Both the position numbers and the translations under genes were made by a program. Positions 34,840 to 45,436 of a stretch of DNA of 45,436 nucleotides are shown in pieces. The notes beneath the pieces are model-generated. The model ran no database searches, was not told where the DNA came from, and saw only the letters and a list, made by a program, of their open reading frames with translations. How positions within the stretch are numbered: position 1 is the first letter of the stretch; the number at the start of each line of letters is the position of its first letter. Location of the stretch: assembly GCA_049999805.1 (NCBI GenBank), contig JBNGIO010006320.1, positions 418,354 through 463,789 on the forward strand, written 5' to 3'. Source of the stretch: Folioceros fuciformis (lineage: Eukaryota).

Positions 34840-36204
34840 ATGATGTGGTGGACCCCCGTGAGGAAAATTCGGGATGGAGGTTGCAGGGAAATGGTGGTTG
34901 CTGGCGGGGGGCAACCTAAGCCTGCTCTTGGACAGCTGAGTCCTTGCTGGATGTGTTGGATGCTCCTCAGGTCCACGAGGATTAAGTTGCTTTTCATGAG
35001 CGGGCTGCTAGTCATAACCTTCCTAGCCTTCTTTCCTCGGGTTTTTCTGACGACGCTTTCAGGGAGTCCCACGATTCCTGACACTAGGTCTGCTAATGTG
35101 ACTTTGAATTCCGCGCTTCATGACAGTTTGTACAAGTTCGCCTCCGTTGATGTTTACAGTGAGAAGGTCGAAAACCCAATCATAGCTAGGTTGCTGGATA
35201 CAGAAGTCGGTTCTGATGGGGTATCCATCGGGAAACAACAGACGGACCGTGGCAAGCTGGTAGCAACCATTCAGTTTGGTGATCGTTGGGAGTACAGGCG
35301 GTTTGGAAAGGAGAAGTATGACAGACGGCGTTGGACGAGGCCAGAGAGGTGGGAAATTGAGCTTCGGAGGTTGAAGTACGGGCCCTACTGGCCTAAGTTT
35401 TTGCAGATGTTACGAGAATGGTCTTCTGCCAGGAAGTATGATCCTCAGGTCATGGTCCGCTTGATGGATGTGGTCGGAAAGCCACTCAGAAGTTTTGGCA
35501 CCTCAGACGAGAATCACAAGTATGGGACATGTGCGGTGGTGGGAAATAGTGGAATTCTTCTTTCCAAGGAGTATGGGAAGTTCATAGATTCACATGACAT
35601 GGTCATCCGGATAAATGGTGCGAGCACAAACACCTTCGAGCGCTATGTAGGCTCAAAGACTACACTCGCCTTCGTAAACAGTAACGTTCTTCGGATGTAC
35701 TCTCGGTTGCGAGGCCAGTGTAGGTACCCCTATGGAGGGCACGTTCCAGTGCTTGCATACATGTGCCAAGCTGCGCATCTCATGGACGTTGCTTACTGTC
35801 AAGGGGTGCAGCCAGAAACTCCTTTGCTTGTCACTGACCCAAGCTTTGACATCCTATGTGGGAGGATATCGAAGTGGTACTCCGTCCAGGATTATGTCTT
35901 AAATGGTGGCAACATTAGTTGGTGGCAATCGAAGCATGGAGGAACGCTGTTTCACTACTCCTCAGGGATGCAGGCCGTTGTTCTTGCCTTAGGACTCTGT
36001 GAAGAAGTGCACCTCTTTGGTTTTGGTAAAGTTGCAGGTGTGAAGCATCACTATCACAGCCAACAGAAGGGAGAGCACTCCATTCATGACTATGAAGCAG
36101 AATACCTTTTCTATGATGACCTGGAAAAGAACAGGACGGGTAACATAGCCTTTTTGAATGAGGTGACAGGATTTAATGTTCCTCTTGTCCGCATTTATCA
36201 CTGA
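34840..36204 (+). CDS. GALT29A: Glycosyltransferase family 29 (sialyltransferase-like; beta-1,6-galactosyltransferase GALT29A-like), intronless
   Basis: Type II membrane segment (LLFMSGLLVITFLAFF), sialylmotif L CAVVGNSGILL..IDSHDMVIRIN..VGSKT, motif S YSSGMQAVVLALGLCEEVHLFGFG, HHYH, motif VS HDYEAE. The start could be a downstream Met. Confidence 0.9.
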   Translation: MMWWTPVRKIRDGGCREMVVAGGGQPKPALGQLSPCWMCWMLLRSTRIKLLFMSGLLVITFLAFFPRVFLTTLSGSPTIPDTRSANVTLNSALHDSLYKFASVDVYSEKVENPIIARLLDTEVGSDGVSIGKQQTDRGKLVATIQFGDRWEYRRFGKEKYDRRRWTRPERWEIELRRLKYGPYWPKFLQMLREWSSARKYDPQVMVRLMDVVGKPLRSFGTSDENHKYGTCAVVGNSGILLSKEYGKFIDSHDMVIRINGASTNTFERYVGSKTTLAFVNSNVLRMYSRLRGQCRYPYGGHVPVLAYMCQAAHLMDVAYCQGVQPETPLLVTDPSFDILCGRISKWYSVQDYVLNGGNISWWQSKHGGTLFHYSSGMQAVVLALGLCEEVHLFGFGKVAGVKHHYHSQQKGEHSIHDYEAEYLFYDDLEKNRTGNIAFLNEVTGFNVPLVRIYH

Positions 36205-37791
36205 TGGTGAACGCCATCTCATTTGCCTATGCGAAGCTTAGGCGTGCAATTCTTTGCTCTCTGGCAACTTCAAATTGCCATCTACATTCTGCTTCGCAAA
36301 GAAAGCAGCCCAGTCGATGGATTTTGCGACAATAGCAGATTTAGCGGTCAGGGTGCCAATTATGTCAATGTAGTTCACTTATTTATTGAACTGGAAACGC
36401 AGTTCAAAGATATTTCCTGTTGTAGGTCTTCCTCAACGCTTACAGGGAAAGCATGCAGGAGCAGGTGATGACGGTGCTCTCAAACATTTTGATATTATTT
36501 ATTTCAGGCCCCAGGTCATTACTTATGCCGTCCAGGCAATTGGGCTCCGATTTTTCGGATACTGTCGCTTCCCCTTACCTATTGCAGACGAGACAACCAA
36601 AAGAAGCATACACACAGACACACACACACCATATGACCTCACAGCCATACGATGGTCATGATTTGGCACAGAGCACGCACATTTCTGCTGAAGCCTCGTG
36701 AGAGCGGTGACTACGCTGTCTCTGTTGATTTGCAGACACACAACCCTTCCAAGCAATCATGCCTGGTGAGGAGAGGAATATAAAGACAGAGAAAAGTCTG
36801 GCTTCTTTTTGTGCTCCAATCACGCCGCAACCCACCACCACTGGTTCATCCTATCCTTTTGAAGGGAGAGCTCAACATTGCACAACCTGTTGCGGGGGAG
36901 TGACGGCAATGATGTTGTAGCAGCAGCTTCTGCGTCGATTCCCCTCTCCAGGTAAGCAACAACATCACCTCCTCACAACCGCGCTGCTTTACTCTCTCTG
37001 CGTCATGATCCTCCAACACATGACCGCGCGGATTATCCAACTGTCTTTGCTGTCAGTGATCGCGACACCGGCAACTGCCCTAGGCACTTAGGACGACTTC
37101 TGCTTACAGGATCCCACCAAACTACCTTCCTGGAACACGAATGTCAGATGTGGAAACTGAGGCGAATTTAACGACATGCCCAACTTCTTGCACTGGCTCT
37201 TGCAGAATCCACCAACGGAGGGCGTGATGGAGGTAGCTTACACGGAATATCTGGTTAGATTCACCAAGCAAACCTCTATTTGTCTTGATACCCAACTTGT
37301 TTTGTTTGCTTGTTTCAAGTTGCACAAGGCCGCTCAGAATATGGACCGTAAGAACGGGTCCAATGCCCAATGAATATTCCCAAAGTGGTTTTGGTGTGGC
37401 AATGCAGTTTAGAAGCAATATAGGGACCACATTTCTGCTTGGCCTTTGGGGCAGTGTGGCATGTGGGCTGAAATTGGAAACACGCCTCCTTGGCCCCACA
37501 TCCTCAGTCCCGTGCTCAACCTGCCCTATTTTTTAGCCGGGCCAAGTGAGACCAGCTTATGGGCCAAGTGTGCAAGGTTATCTATCACGCAACCGCTTTT
37601 AGTTCCAACGTTCCTACCATCGTATTCTCACGTTCCAGCTAAATTTGTAATCAGGCCTAGCAAGTACTTGAGACTTTATTTAAAACAGATTCATAAATCT
37701 TCCTTCTTCATGTTAGGTTAGTGTGAATTCAACAAGCCTGGACTTGACCCACATCGTTTAAGAGCTTTGTTCATTATACTAGTAACACAAC

Positions 37792-39887
37792 ATGGGAGAA
37801 AGTGATGCTTCGAAAGAGGAAAAGAAAGATGATAAACGTTCTGAAACTTCAAAAAATTCATCAACTTCTTCTGAAGTGAGAAGATTATCTAAAGAGACAA
37901 AAACCACAGTATCAGAGCTTATCAAATCCGAGGAGGTGAAAATCAAGGCTAAAGAGGATATGCAAATCGCCAAAGAATCAATAGAAGAATATGATAGCAA
38001 AACTTTGCTAGAGCGAACAAGAAAGGCCAATTACTATTTACACTTGGAGAATTGCATGCTTGCTGACCATCTCACAGTAAGTATATGATCTAACAAATAT
38101 CATCTTCTTGCTTGAGACTCCTATCGCCACCATCCAACCCTGAACTAATATCTGTATGCCATATTTTGATGCTAGAGAATAATGGCGAATTGCACCGGAC
38201 ATCCAATTCCGAAACAGCTAGAAGTTCTAAAAGAACACGCAGATGAGGACTCTGAGGATACAGATTCTACAGCTGAGAAGAGCAGAGATGGGACGTCTTA
38301 TTCAGGAAAAAGTAGAATTTGGCCAAGATCATCTGATTATAGTCCAGCAGATAGCTTTTCAAAACCAAACTTAACGTTCAAAAAAATTGATAAACAATCT
38401 AGCTCTGGTAGTAGAAGCAAGGGATATCAAAGTAGCCTACGAAGCAGCATAAATCAAAGATTAGATCCACAACGACCACTGGATTCCGAAGAAAAATGTG
38501 ATATAGTCAACAACGAAATCAAGTTATTAAAGCAATCTATGAAAGAATGTCAGGCTAATAGTGAAAGAATTTTAGATGATATCAAGGCTATGTATGATGA
38601 GGCATGCATGAAGTTAGGAGAGGCAAGTAGAGATAGATCGGACTTTTATAGAGAAGTATGGTGCCCGTTCAAACGAAACCCATCAGGCAAAGCATGCGCA
38701 GAAGTTATTTTGAAGTAATGTTTATTTTCAAGTTATTTTGTACATGTTCTATGCCACTTTGGAAAACTTAACCTAATCCAGCACTTGAATTTGCACCTCA
38801 GGTTTTTTGACGATAAGATGAAAAATAAAAGTCTACAAATAAAAAAGATTAAAGAGCAAAATAATATCGCTCAAATTAATATTTTAAATATTGAAGATCA
38901 AGTGAAGAATAAAAAGGAATTAAGTGATGTCCTACATGCCGTTGATTTCGATCGATTCACCATTCAAAACCAACAATTACATTACGATTATAATGCTAAA
39001 TCACGCGAGTATCAAAAATTGAAGACTAATTATTTGAAAGCTTCAAGAGTGAGTGTGTACTTGTGAATCACATTGTGAAATGCATTCAATGTTTGTTATG
39101 TTCTTATTCTTGTATGGCATATTGTAAATAAAAATATTTCGCAGGCCATGGCTAGTACAAGGAGCCAATTGTCATGTGTGGACTATCAAAATTGGAGTGT
39201 GAATGATTCATTGTCTAAACATAAACCCCATTTACAACATGTTATTCGTGAGGTTGCCGTGTCTGCTTCTAAACAGGTCTATCTAAACTAAGCTTGAAGT
39301 TTTTTAACTTATGCAATGTTATAGAATACACACTAATGCATAATCTTATGAGCAGAAATTCCTAATCGACGACCTTCATATGCTTGCTGTCCAAGAGATA
39401 CATGGAGCTGGCCAGCCACATGGTTTAGAGTACATGCAAATACGGATTAAAGCTGCACAACTGCAGAAGGACTATATAGATTGGAAACGAAAGGTAAAGT
39501 CATTGAAGTATGATTACATTTTCGTCAAGTAATCATTTGTATCTGCAAACGATGCATGTAAGCTTGACTTGGATGAAAGAACCTAATTGTACTTTCTTTC
39601 TAGGCACTTGATTTCCATGCTTCTAATATGTTTGTCAATTGCACTATGTTCAATCCCTTAATGCAATTATTTTAATCTCGTTTTGTTTTACAATAGTGAT
39701 GTGTCCTTTTCAATCTTTTGTTGCATAAGGATAATAATTAAAGCGACTAAGATGAATGTACACTTATGAATTTTAAAAAATTAACTTTATTCAGGTGGAG
39801 CTTGCCGAGCTTACAGCGCATGAGCTAGACTACAAAGTGCGAAAAGTTCAAGGGTTTCAAAGCTCTAAACTACTAATATGTGAATGA
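37792..39887 (+). CDS. CCDC113: Coiled-coil axonemal protein CCDC113/CFAP263-like (DUF4201); exons 37792-38076, 38176-38714, 38802-39048, 39145-39276, 39356-39493, 39795-39887; ~477 aa
   Basis: Spliced product has EEKCDIVNNE, KKELSDVLHAVDFDRFTIQNQQ and terminal LQKDYIDWKRKVELAEL, matching recalled CCDC113 motifs (LHDVDFQQLKIEN; WERKVEIAE). All joins are GT-AG and in frame. Confidence 0.82.
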
Positions 39888-40660
39888 AAAAAGGTTCTAA
39901 TTAAATTGTACATTATTGTAATTTATATGTGATGCGATTTTATATCATTATTCATGGTTTAGATACAACCAAGATAAAGACGAAATTAATATGATTAAGT
40001 TTATTCAAATTTGTCATATGAAAGCTACTATTGTGAATGCATTAGAACTTCACGATCCACCATATTTTGGATAGATTAATGTTAAGATGAAGTTTTGCAT
40101 GTCCTTTGTTTCATGGATTTGTCTAAGGGGTCGAAAGATATTATGCCCTCATTTCCACATTGTGCAAAGCTATTTGTTGTAAGACCTGTTAGACTACTTC
40201 TAAAGGAAAGCTTTGTACAACATCAATGTAGACTTGATATATTCATAAAGTTTGTAGATTTGTTTAAATAAAAAAAACTATCGTAAACATTTACAAACTT
40301 GTAAATTTGTTGAATTGGATGAACGACCCATGAGCCATATATAGCAAGTTTAGAAACTAATGCTACATGGGAGATGATTTAATTCTTGAAGAATTGAATC
40401 ATCTATGAACTTCAAAGTGTGCAAATCAAGCACACACAAGTAAATGTCGAAAGAAAAGATGTTAGATTAATGGTAAAACAATGTAATGAAAGGAATGTTT
40501 TCAAGAGGACAATCAATGTGCAAAAAGGAACATGATTGTTTGTGTCATGCAGTCTAGACTAGCTTACATAACGAATATTGTTATTCTTAACTTACTACTG
40601 TAAGCAAGAGTAAAGAAAAGTTATGAACCATCCACAAAAGTCATCCCAAAGCCCCAACAT

Positions 40661-40741
40661 TGCTGGTCTTTCTATAACGCATTTCATGCTGGTCTTTTAA
40701 TAAGGCATTTCATGCTTGGGTTTCAGTAAGGCATCAGTAAG
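40661..40741. repeat. Short degenerate tandem repeat, ~26-bp unit
   Basis: TGCTGGTCTTT....AA.GCATTTCA occurs twice, plus a partial third copy. Confidence 0.7.
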
Positions 40742-41699
40742 AACATAAGAATACTAGTTACTCATAGGAGTGTAAGCTAAGAATTATTTCGGAGGCACCA
40801 TTTTCTCACAAAGGAAGTGAAAATGCAACATTATGTGATTTGGTTGAATGTAAAATTGTGACCTCCATGAAAACCCATCTATAGGTTGGTTGTCACAAAG
40901 CAAATGAATAGGGCTAGAGTGAGCAAAGGCCAAGTCATAAAGTGGCCCACATAGTCAAATAGGTTCCTTAGCAACAAAAGCAATGAATTCAAAATCCATC
41001 AAATTGAAAACAACTATGTTTTGCTCCTAGGATTGTAAACTAACAACACTGCCAGCAGTACAATTGAAACATAATAATTTTTAAAGGGGCTTGATATACT
41101 TGAAGAGAGTTCAAAGCAAGATAATCTTTGAAGGGGCTTTCATTCGGAAGCAAAATGCTTTTTGTAGTGCTATTCCACAATGCATGGTGAACATGTTATA
41201 ACCTCAAGGTTTTAAGAAACTCAATTATGAAAATAAATGGTGGATGTTAGTAGGGACATCATTGAAAAGGGATAAATAGAGCCCATAGTGTGCACCATTG
41301 GCTACACTTACTTGAGTGGATAGCTTTTGACCATAATGTCTCAATGGGATGTTAAGTTTTCGATGAGAATAGCTTAGTGAGATGTTATAAATAGTGGATG
41401 CATGTAATTTGAGCTCAATTTGAAGGATACATTTCATCTCTTGAATGGGGAAAGTGAAAGCAAAGTACATTATCCTTGGAAAAGGGATTTAAAGATGTGA
41501 TGTATTATAAGAGCATTGGCCTATGTCCTTGTTCTAGTGGCCTTGATATTGCAAGGGATATGTATAGTGTCTCGTATAATCGTTTACAATATATTTTGAG
41601 ATTTAAAGGGTAAAATCCCACTTTTTTGGCGCAAAGAAAATGTTTGTATGTTGCAAGCTTTTCCAGCCTAGGAAAGGTGATAGGGTGGGAATGGTTATG

Positions 41700-44600
41700 G
41701 GCCTCGACCTATGGATAGTTTCTGGCCAAGGTATCTAAGGTTCAACGCTTGATGCTTGACAAACCTATCTTAGCAAAGGAGGTTTGTCCAAGCATTGAAG
41801 GCCATGTCAAGAAATAAGTCGCTGGGTCATGATGTCATCTTGCTAGAGTTTCTCCTCTAGGGTTGGGAATTTATGGGACCCTTGTTCATAGAGGCAATTA
41901 GTTTGATTTGGGAACAAGGCACAATGGGTAGGTTATTCCAGCTAGGTGTTATCTCCCTATTACCTAAGCAGGGGGTGAGCCTGTCAATCTCCAAATGGCG
42001 CCTTATTACATTCTGAATCACAACATACAAAGTTATTGCTAAGGTACTCGCAAATAGGATGAAGCCATTTTCTGATGAATGGATAGAGGAGGAGCAAAGG
42101 GGTTTCATACAAAATACGTGCATCCTCCATAATCTTTTGCTCTAGTGGGAAGCCAAATTTAAGGCCTTGGCTCAAAACAGTCCACTGGTACAAAGCCCAT
42201 GACTCGATGGAATGACATTTTTTATGCCTGTAGAGTTTTGGGCTGGGGAAAAACTTCTGATGTTGGGTGATCATTTTATGTGAAGATGCAGGTGTGAAGG
42301 TCATGGTCAATGGAACCTTTGTGGATAGGTTTGACATCTTGTACTATGTTCGTCAAGGTTGTCCGTTGGCACCTTTCTTATATATCATTGTTACTGACTT
42401 TCTAAGAGCAGTGATGAAAGACTACTCCAAGAGCTACATCGTGAAGGAGGAGAGGAGGAGGCAAGGAGGAGAGGAGAAAGAGAGGTCACACTCTCACAAT
42501 GTCTCGCATTGCACGGGAGCTCAAAGGGGTATTTATACCCTCTAGAAAAGCTCCCTAAAAAGCTTCACAAGAAGCGCACAGGAAGCTGCGTAAGAAGCTT
42601 CTTACATATTAGCTTAAGCTAATCTAAATTAATGATAATTAACTATACACTTATCTTAGACTAACCACATTAGTCTCAGCACATTGGGCTTTAATAACCC
42701 TACAAGTGAAACAAGACCTAGAGGTAAAAGGTATGTGCCTACCTGATGGTTCTCAACTCTGCATTTCTGCCTTTGCGAATGAAACTCTTTTGTTTCCGAC
42801 TGTTGCGGATGCATCACTTCAGGCACTGCTGAGGCAGGTCCAAGTCTTTGGTTATCTATCTTAGTATAAGTTCAACTTGAGCAAGATGCACATGATGTGT
42901 ATTAATCTGGACAGGGGGGTTCCCGAGTGCATTAGGCATATTACTAGGGTACAATTGGGCTCGCTCTATAAGTACCTGGGACTGCCATTTCAGGATGCGG
43001 AGGAGAATGGAGAAATTGAGAAGTTCGCCTTCCTCAAATTCATTCAGAAAGCTACAAGCCTTCGACTTCTCAATCTCAACTTGGCAGATAGGCTTGTCGT
43101 AACTAATCTTATTCTTTTAGCTTCCTTATGGTATTACCCTTTCTTGTGGGCGCTCACTTGTTTGGACAGTAAGAAGTTGCAACAAGTGATTACTAACTTC
43201 TTATGGGTAGGTCATAGGTGATGACAACCTCATCCCATAGAGTGGCATGACAACATGTCATCCAACACCGAAGACTAGGTGGCATAGGGCTGGTGGACCC
43301 CTTGAGCAAGATAAAGACCTTACATGCGCAATGGGTGATAAAGGCAGTGAACCCAGCTAGCTATCCTTGGAAAAGTATTCTAACTTAGCTCTTGGAATGC
43401 ATGCAAGCACTACCATAGGGAAGGAGGTCAATTGACAACATCCTTGCAAATAAGCCGTTGTTAGACACGACAAATTGCTCCCCATTATTCAAGTCCATTT
43501 GGAGCAATTACTTGGAGGTTAGATCTCTCTTGAAATCGTTCATCCCATGTACATGGACGATGCCTTAGGTACCCCTCTACAAGGATTTCAAAGGCTTTGG
43601 ATGCTAGAGTTTGTGTTGCAAGTGTGTCACTCACAAATTTTTGGGGCTGTGGGTTGTCAAGGGGTGTACCAACTTGGACATTTGTGAAATAGGATCGAGG
43701 TCTGCTAGAAAGAAGTAGAGGATGTCCTAGAGGAATTTGGCATCCTAGTACGCCATATTCGCTTTATGCTAACCTGGTTGCAAGTAGGAATGGAGGCAAA
43801 GATCAAATAAGCTTTGCTATAGAAGACAAAGGTGGCCAAGGAGACATGGGGCACATATGGCATGGACTGCGGGGAAGGAGATTCCAACGTTGAAGACCAG
43901 GAGATTCCCCTTGACTCTGACCAGACAATTTTTGTTTCTATACAAGTAGGTGGAGAAGTATCTCAATCCTTCAAGGTTGTTTCGTTAGGGGGTCTCTATG
44001 GGAAGCTTTACAAGGAAGAAGAGAAGATTTTCGGCAAGCTTTGTGTCCCATCACCGTCTTGACAAGACCCACGCGGGTAGAATAATGGCTTACGCAAGAG
44101 AGACAAAGCACTAGACAGGCCTCCATAAGCAATCCCCTAACATAATGCTGGTTCCACTTGATGGAGAATTGGCAATTGATTTTGAGGCCTAATCTTCTTA
44201 GATGGCCTAAGCGACAAGGTGACCAACAGAGGAGTCTGAGGTCCTTGTTTAACTATCAAACAATAAATATTTACCTTTCCTTGTTTTGCTTGTAGAAAGC
44301 TAGATAGCGTCGACTGATGGCTCCTAGATGGAGAATATCCTTATGTCTCTAGGAGGCAGCCATCAGTCTCTTTTGGTCGGCTGTAGGAGTTAATCGTAAG
44401 GTTAGATTTATGGTTTGGAGCCTATTTTCCTAATGCAGACCGTTGGCATGGCCTATTGGTAGCTGCAGAGTAGAACACATGTAGGTTGTGCAATATTGGG
44501 GCCCCCCACAAAAGCTAACATATGTTCTTCTACTATGATTTTGCCCACGGGCTTGGGAGAGAGGTGGAGAGGTGGCTTCATAGGCTCTTCCCTTCTGTCC

Positions 44601-44700
44601 ACGTGGTGCTCACTGAGCAATTAGCTCTCTTTGGTGTAAATCAGGTTTTTGGCATGGCAAGCCTTTGCTTCAAAACCAATGGTGGGGACTAATATTATGC
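41700..44700 (+). mobile_element. Degenerate L1-clade LINE (ORF2 reverse transcriptase plus zf-RVT-like remnant) with multiple stops and frameshifts
   Basis: Fragments LDKPILAKEV..ALKAMSRNKSLGHD, GVISLLPK, TTYKVIAKVLANRM, EEQRGF, VMVNG..VRQGCPLAPFLY, ISAFANET (decayed YADD), YKYLGLP, NFLW, GGIGLVD, CRLC..HMFF. Boundaries approximate. Confidence 0.88.
42415..42704 (-). mobile_element. Solo LTR (290 bp) inserted into the LINE RT, 5-bp TSD AGTGA
   Basis: Termini TG...CA. AGTGA at 42410-42414 and 42705-42709. Excision restores the RT frame (TDFLRAVKQDLEVKGMCLPDG). A minus-strand TATAAA near 42535 followed by a CT-rich tract suggests the orientation. Confidence 0.85.
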
Positions 44701-45436
44701 TTCTTTGTCTTTTGCCTTTGGCTAAATTGGATGGCTGTGGTTTAGGGTGAGGTGTTCATTCCATAGTAATTTATTAATTCCTAACACTAAAGTAGGTAAG
44801 ATATGGTAAGTAGTGAAAAGATGTACAAATTATTATAGTCAAATATTTAACCAAGTTGGATGCTTGCATACGTCTTGTAAGCATAATCACATCCACTACT
44901 GTGTACTAGTATTGACTAAACTGTTGACTCAACACTGTCCGAGTTGAAAATACTATTTGTATTTGTCCCGAGCGTCTTATTTGTAGTAAGTGCATGAAAT
45001 AAGTCCACAAGATATATATCCGATAATCTTATGTTGAACTTGTGTAACATTATTAGAATGGGAATCATGGGATGGTTAGTTGTCTTAGTCATGAATCTAG
45101 AATAATTTATTAATGGAATATATTTATAGAAAGGATACGGAAAGTGGAACTTTAAAATAAAATATTCCTAAAGCATTGACTAGCACGACTTGAGAATGCG
45201 GGCCATGAAAAACAAAAGAAACAAAAGTTGCTTGGTTTGTTTTCCGAAAGTTATGGAGCTTTATTTACTTTCTGTAGATGGAAATGACTCGATGTGCGTG
45301 AGAAGTACAATGTTGAGAAAGTTAGAGGTGACCCATGTGTAATATTAAGGGATTACAGATGGGTCAGATGGATTTTGAAGGGGCAAGTCCCTTTTTGGCC
45401 TTTGGCTCTCTTTGGGTTGGTCCTTCTCATCTTTGG

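Noticed and set aside
37540-37600. GGGCC site II-like and AACCG (DUO1/MYB-like) motifs upstream of CCDC113
   Set aside because: Five-mers this short are expected by chance.
1-45436. CRISPR arrays, tRNA/rRNA genes, prokaryotic operons
   Set aside because: None seen; the DNA is intron-containing plant nuclear sequence.

Overview
Eukaryotic nuclear DNA from a compact land-plant genome with short (~80-250 bp) spliceosomal introns. The two axonemal genes imply a plant with flagellated sperm; a hornwort/bryophyte or lycophyte is my inference, not something shown. I reconstructed eight protein-coding genes by hand: a group C-like TEY MAP kinase (+); a plastid NAD(P)-binding Rossmann protein of EMB2799/At2g39080 type (-), with a GC-AG intron followed by a U12 AT-AC intron; a five-exon CYP72-clan P450 resembling CYP735 (+); a 25-exon ATX3/4/5-type H3K4 methyltransferase with a very long Q-rich N-terminus (-); CFAP70 (-); plastid ribosomal protein bS21 (-); a GT29/GALT29A glycosyltransferase (+); and CCDC113/CFAP263 (+). 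Not shown by the ORF track are two paralogous 84-nt box C/D snoRNAs (U30-like guides for 25S rRNA), each in a predicted intron. One lies downstream of the plastid rps21 stop codon; the other is in a probable non-coding host gene with a telo-box/TATA promoter. The right end is a decayed L1-type LINE interrupted by a 290-bp solo LTR with a 5-bp target-site duplication. Both flagellar genes are visibly AT-rich compared with their GC-rich neighbours. Regions ~4.4-7.9 kb, 30.0-31.8 kb, 32.5-34.7 kb and 36.3-37.7 kb remain unexplained. Family assignments come from recalled motifs, not database searches.
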